From a virus (Duplodnaviria > Caudoviricetes): a DNA stretch of 61,895 bases. Below, piece after piece: positions 58,976-61,895 of this stretch. How positions within the stretch are numbered: the first letter of the stretch is position 1; every line of letters starts with the position of its first letter. The translations under genes and the position numbers were made by a program. A model generated the notes under the pieces. The model did not search any database. It saw only the letters and a program-made list of their open reading frames with translations, and had not been told where the DNA came from. Location of the stretch: positions 1-61,895 of the IMG/VR virus record IMGVR_UViG_3300035564_000051. One strand, given 5' to 3'.

Positions 58976-60038
58976 GGTTCTCATACTCTCGATTTTTCTG
59001 CCGCTGATGGTACTGGCTCAGAGATCAGTCACCATTCGCGTTGATACTTTGCGTCCATACCTGAACGGAAGTATCACATTCGTCCCGCCCTTGACTGGAG
59101 GCTACTGGTCCCGCACAGGTGGAAAGCTCCAACCCCTGTATTCCAGCGATACACTCTGGATGTCGTTCGCAAAACTCGATTCAATCAAGGTTAGAATTGC
59201 CTACCTCGATTCACTCTGGCTTGTGAGCACCAACGGAACGAACAAAGTTCTTCTCCAGTACACGGGAACGAACAACGGGTCTGTGATTATTCGGGACAGG
59301 GGAACCCCGGACTTCAAAGACACGATGATGACCTCAAGCAAGCTGCCCGCGTTCTTGAAGGGTCTCTTAAGTGGTAACTGGGCAGACTGGGCAAGTGGAG
59401 GTGGAGGCTATGGAAGCTATCAGGCATGGGGAACGGCAGGATTCGATACAACCAAGTTGAGAAACCCCTCGAACAATACAGTAGTCAGTATTGTCAATTC
59501 CACTTCCACATCCGATACAACGATCAACATTCTTGCGCTCGGTGGAGGCGCAAGCAATATCGGAGTAGTTGGAGTCATGGCCGACGAAACCCGAACCGAC
59601 ACAGCTCTTGTTGCCGACACCTATCTCATAGCGACGATGGCAGGAACAACAAGCCATTCATACGCGTACGGGGGAGTGTACGCGGGATATATCGACCTGT
59701 TTGTAGAAAACCCGTACACGCCGACAGGGATCGGTATTGGTTTCACCTTGCCCGACCCCGCGTACACCGTGATGAACGTGTATGCAGACTACTTCTATAC
59801 GATGGGCGACTCCGCCGTTTATCGCACCACCCCGATCACGACTGTCGTTAGTGATGCGAAAACGAACCTAACATGGACGGACGACTCACACTACTATCGC
59901 TATGTCCGATTGAATTGGTTCCTCGACAATCGCTACGGTTACTCCGGCCAACTCAAATTCCTTTGGGCTGCGCCGCCCAGTGGCACAACAACTAAAGTCC
60001 TTGCGGCAACAACCCTCGTAGGATACCGCCTCCAATGA
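58944..60038 (+). CDS. Signal-peptide-bearing fibre/spike-like protein
   Basis: GAGG + ATG at 58944; MFAISPRQISKVLILSIFLPLMVLA|Q; nine D-(S/T)-(L/I/M/T/A) motifs; C-terminal domain similar to 2..823. Confidence 0.68.
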   Translation: MFAISPRQISKVLILSIFLPLMVLAQRSVTIRVDTLRPYLNGSITFVPPLTGGYWSRTGGKLQPLYSSDTLWMSFAKLDSIKVRIAYLDSLWLVSTNGTNKVLLQYTGTNNGSVIIRDRGTPDFKDTMMTSSKLPAFLKGLLSGNWADWASGGGGYGSYQAWGTAGFDTTKLRNPSNNTVVSIVNSTSTSDTTINILALGGGASNIGVVGVMADETRTDTALVADTYLIATMAGTTSHSYAYGGVYAGYIDLFVENPYTPTGIGIGFTLPDPAYTVMNVYADYFYTMGDSAVYRTTPITTVVSDAKTNLTWTDDSHYYRYVRLNWFLDNRYGYSGQLKFLWAAPPSGTTTKVLAATTLVGYRLQ

Positions 60039-60838
60039 AAAAACTACTTTTCATATTACTCGTAGCGATCCCACTTCAGGCTCAAGAGTTTGCCCTGAGG
60101 ATGGGAAAGGACGTAGAAACAAAAACCGCCGCTCCAATAGTCGCGGACACTTTCGACTCTGGCGTTCTTCCAGAAAATTCGACTTGGGTTGTTCAGTACG
60201 AACTTATTTTCAGACTGTGGGAGGGCAAAGGTGAGTTTTGGTGGAACCGGAACTTTGGCCCCCCTATATGGCAAAATTGGGATGATTGCCCCATTGATGG
60301 CCCCGGTGGAACTCGCTACGACTCAGTGTACAATCTCTACGGGGGTGAATGGTTTGAACGGGTTGATGTTGCGTTTCAATTTCCAGAAGGGTCGACGCTC
60401 AAGGGTCAATTCAACTATTTGTCCCATGATGAAATTTTCGACACGACGGTTGCCGATTGGGTACCCGGTGACTACCAATGGCAATGGTTGTGGATTGGTG
60501 GTGGCGACTGCTACTGGGTTTTCGTTCCCGGTTACGCAACCACGTACAGGAAGGTCAACCCCTGGCCGTACTTTGAGGAAAACAAGAAGCTGGTCGGACT
60601 AACAAACTCCGTGGGCTATCAAGACATCGTGAACGGTCGAAGTTACGAGTGCGACTTCTTTCATTCGTACCGCGGTCTTGACACTAACTATGTAAGATTG
60701 AAAATGAGTTTCATTTTAAGCGTCGGCGGTACAGCGGGACACCTCTACTTTCTTTGGTCGCCGATAAAGAATGGCGGAGAAGCCGTTTGGGTATCTCTCA
60801 AACGCGGTTCAACTCTTTGGATGAAGAGGATAAGCTAG
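60035..60838 (+). CDS. Signal-peptide-bearing Trp-rich fibre-tip-like protein
   Basis: MKKLLFILLVAIPLQA|Q; C-terminal AGHLYFLW...KRGSTLWMKRI. Confidence 0.68.
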   Translation: MKKLLFILLVAIPLQAQEFALRMGKDVETKTAAPIVADTFDSGVLPENSTWVVQYELIFRLWEGKGEFWWNRNFGPPIWQNWDDCPIDGPGGTRYDSVYNLYGGEWFERVDVAFQFPEGSTLKGQFNYLSHDEIFDTTVADWVPGDYQWQWLWIGGGDCYWVFVPGYATTYRKVNPWPYFEENKKLVGLTNSVGYQDIVNGRSYECDFFHSYRGLDTNYVRLKMSFILSVGGTAGHLYFLWSPIKNGGEAVWVSLKRGSTLWMKRIS

Positions 60839-61302
60839 TGCTTAATCGTCTCAAAAAATTTGAATTTGAACTAACCCGAATGCTCGCCTATGGGCGCGAG
60901 AACATGGATCTTCGGCCCGTACTTACGAGCCTGGTCAAAATGCTCGGCGAGGAAGTAGACTATATCGAGAAGAATGTTACATCACAGGTCACTCCTGCCC
61001 CGGCATCAGGCGGAACGGTGATTATCAATGGAACCACCGTAGTCACTTCCGTAGGCGCTGCTCCTGTAGGAGTAATTGCGATCATCAATCAGGCTGTTGT
61101 CTCTGGAGCAAATACAATCACCTTTGCCTCACCGCTCATCAGCGCGGTCTATGGTGGCTTCTTGGTGCTGTCAGATTCAGAAGGCACATTGATCGACAGC
61201 GCGGAACTAAGAATGCGCTCTACCGGCATGACAGCCAATCAGTTCATCTACACCGCGCCATCAGCCGGACACCTGTACGGATTTGCGGTAGTCGCCACAT
61301 GA
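60838..61302 (+). CDS. Putative tail accessory protein
   Basis: GTG overlaps the upstream TAG; C-terminal beta domain resembles the end of the nozzle protein. No signal peptide. Confidence 0.5.
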   Translation: MLNRLKKFEFELTRMLAYGRENMDLRPVLTSLVKMLGEEVDYIEKNVTSQVTPAPASGGTVIINGTTVVTSVGAAPVGVIAIINQAVVSGANTITFASPLISAVYGGFLVLSDSEGTLIDSAELRMRSTGMTANQFIYTAPSAGHLYGFAVVAT

Positions 61303-61895
61303 GAAAGCTATTCTACATACTGATGATGCTTCCCTTGATTGCTCTCTCGCAGTCAACCCAGAAGCAGGCATTTCAAGAAGTGAAGGTTGACACCTTAAGA
61401 CCCAATCACTACGGACCCTCTTGGGGAATTGTCATTGCATGGCACGATACTGTCTCTGTGAAGATATTCAAGGACTCCATTCTCTTCGGGAAGGTCAGGA
61501 TTGGCTCAAGCGGTTCTTTGATCGACTCTGCAATCGTCCAAGCTGATACACTTCTGTTCTGGTCAGGGGGAAGCAAATACAAAGCTTTCAAGAACGGCAC
61601 TGGAAGCGGCTCGTCATTTGTTGCCAAAGCCGATAGCTCTCTGATGCCGGGGTACGTGACAAGAACGCAAATCGCAACTGATTCTACCAACAGAAACACT
61701 CTACTTGCACTTAAGGTTGCAAAGTCAGACTCGTCAGCTATGCCGGGTTATGTCACACGCTCGCAAATCCTAACAGACTCAACCAATCGAAACGCTTTAT
61801 TGGCCTTGAAAGTAGCGAAGTCTGATAGCAGCGCAATGCCCGGATATGCGACGCGTACAATGATTCAAACTGATTCCACGAACAGAAATGTTCTG
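61299..61895 (+). CDS. Signal-peptide-bearing tail fibre, N-terminal part (3' partial; not in ORF track)
   Basis: ATGA overlap; MRKLFYILMMLPLIALS|QST...; open for 199 codons to the window end, running into the 32-aa repeats. Confidence 0.8.
   Translation, partial: MRKLFYILMMLPLIALSQSTQKQAFQEVKVDTLRPNHYGPSWGIVIAWHDTVSVKIFKDSILFGKVRIGSSGSLIDSAIVQADTLLFWSGGSKYKAFKNGTGSGSSFVAKADSSLMPGYVTRTQIATDSTNRNTLLALKVAKSDSSAMPGYVTRSQILTDSTNRNALLALKVAKSDSSAMPGYATRTMIQTDSTNRNVL
61620..61895 (+). repeat. Imperfect 96-bp tandem repeat (about 3 units; further units at 1-140)
   Basis: The MPGY ATG recurs at 61644, 61740 and 61836; unit VAK(A/S)DSSxMPGYxTRxxIxTDSTNRNxLLALK. Confidence 0.93.

Noticed and set aside
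1-61895. Stop-codon reassignment or tRNA genes
   Set aside because: Genes are intact and densely packed under the standard code using all three stops; no cloverleaf was recognised by eye (a tRNAscan run would settle this).

Overview
The window looks like a near-complete, circularly permuted ~62 kb genome of a short-tailed (podovirus-like) dsDNA phage. Almost every gene is on the + strand, and both ends fall inside the same 96-bp/32-aa repeat of a tail-fibre gene. Gene order: fibre end, then internal virion/ejection proteins interrupted by a five-gene structural cassette, an intein-containing PurD-like ATP-grasp + GNAT + C39-like peptidase trio, a lysis region with an M15-like endolysin, a sigma70-type promoter and early genes, a glycan-modification island (GT-C, GT4, GT9, two methyltransferases, two short radical SAM proteins), a repeat-joined accessory array, DNA methyltransferase, TerS/TerL, portal, scaffold, major capsid, adaptors, nozzle and fibres. 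The strongest unexplained signal is six late-module genes (one directly after the capsid locus, several fibre-like) with Sec-type signal peptides followed by Gln and a high density of D-(S/T)-x motifs, the O-glycosylation sequon known from Bacteroidota. This suggests virion components exported to the periplasm and glycosylated there, possibly with help from the phage's own glycosyltransferases. That model, the FCB-group host and all family assignments are motif-based inferences; no database search was run.
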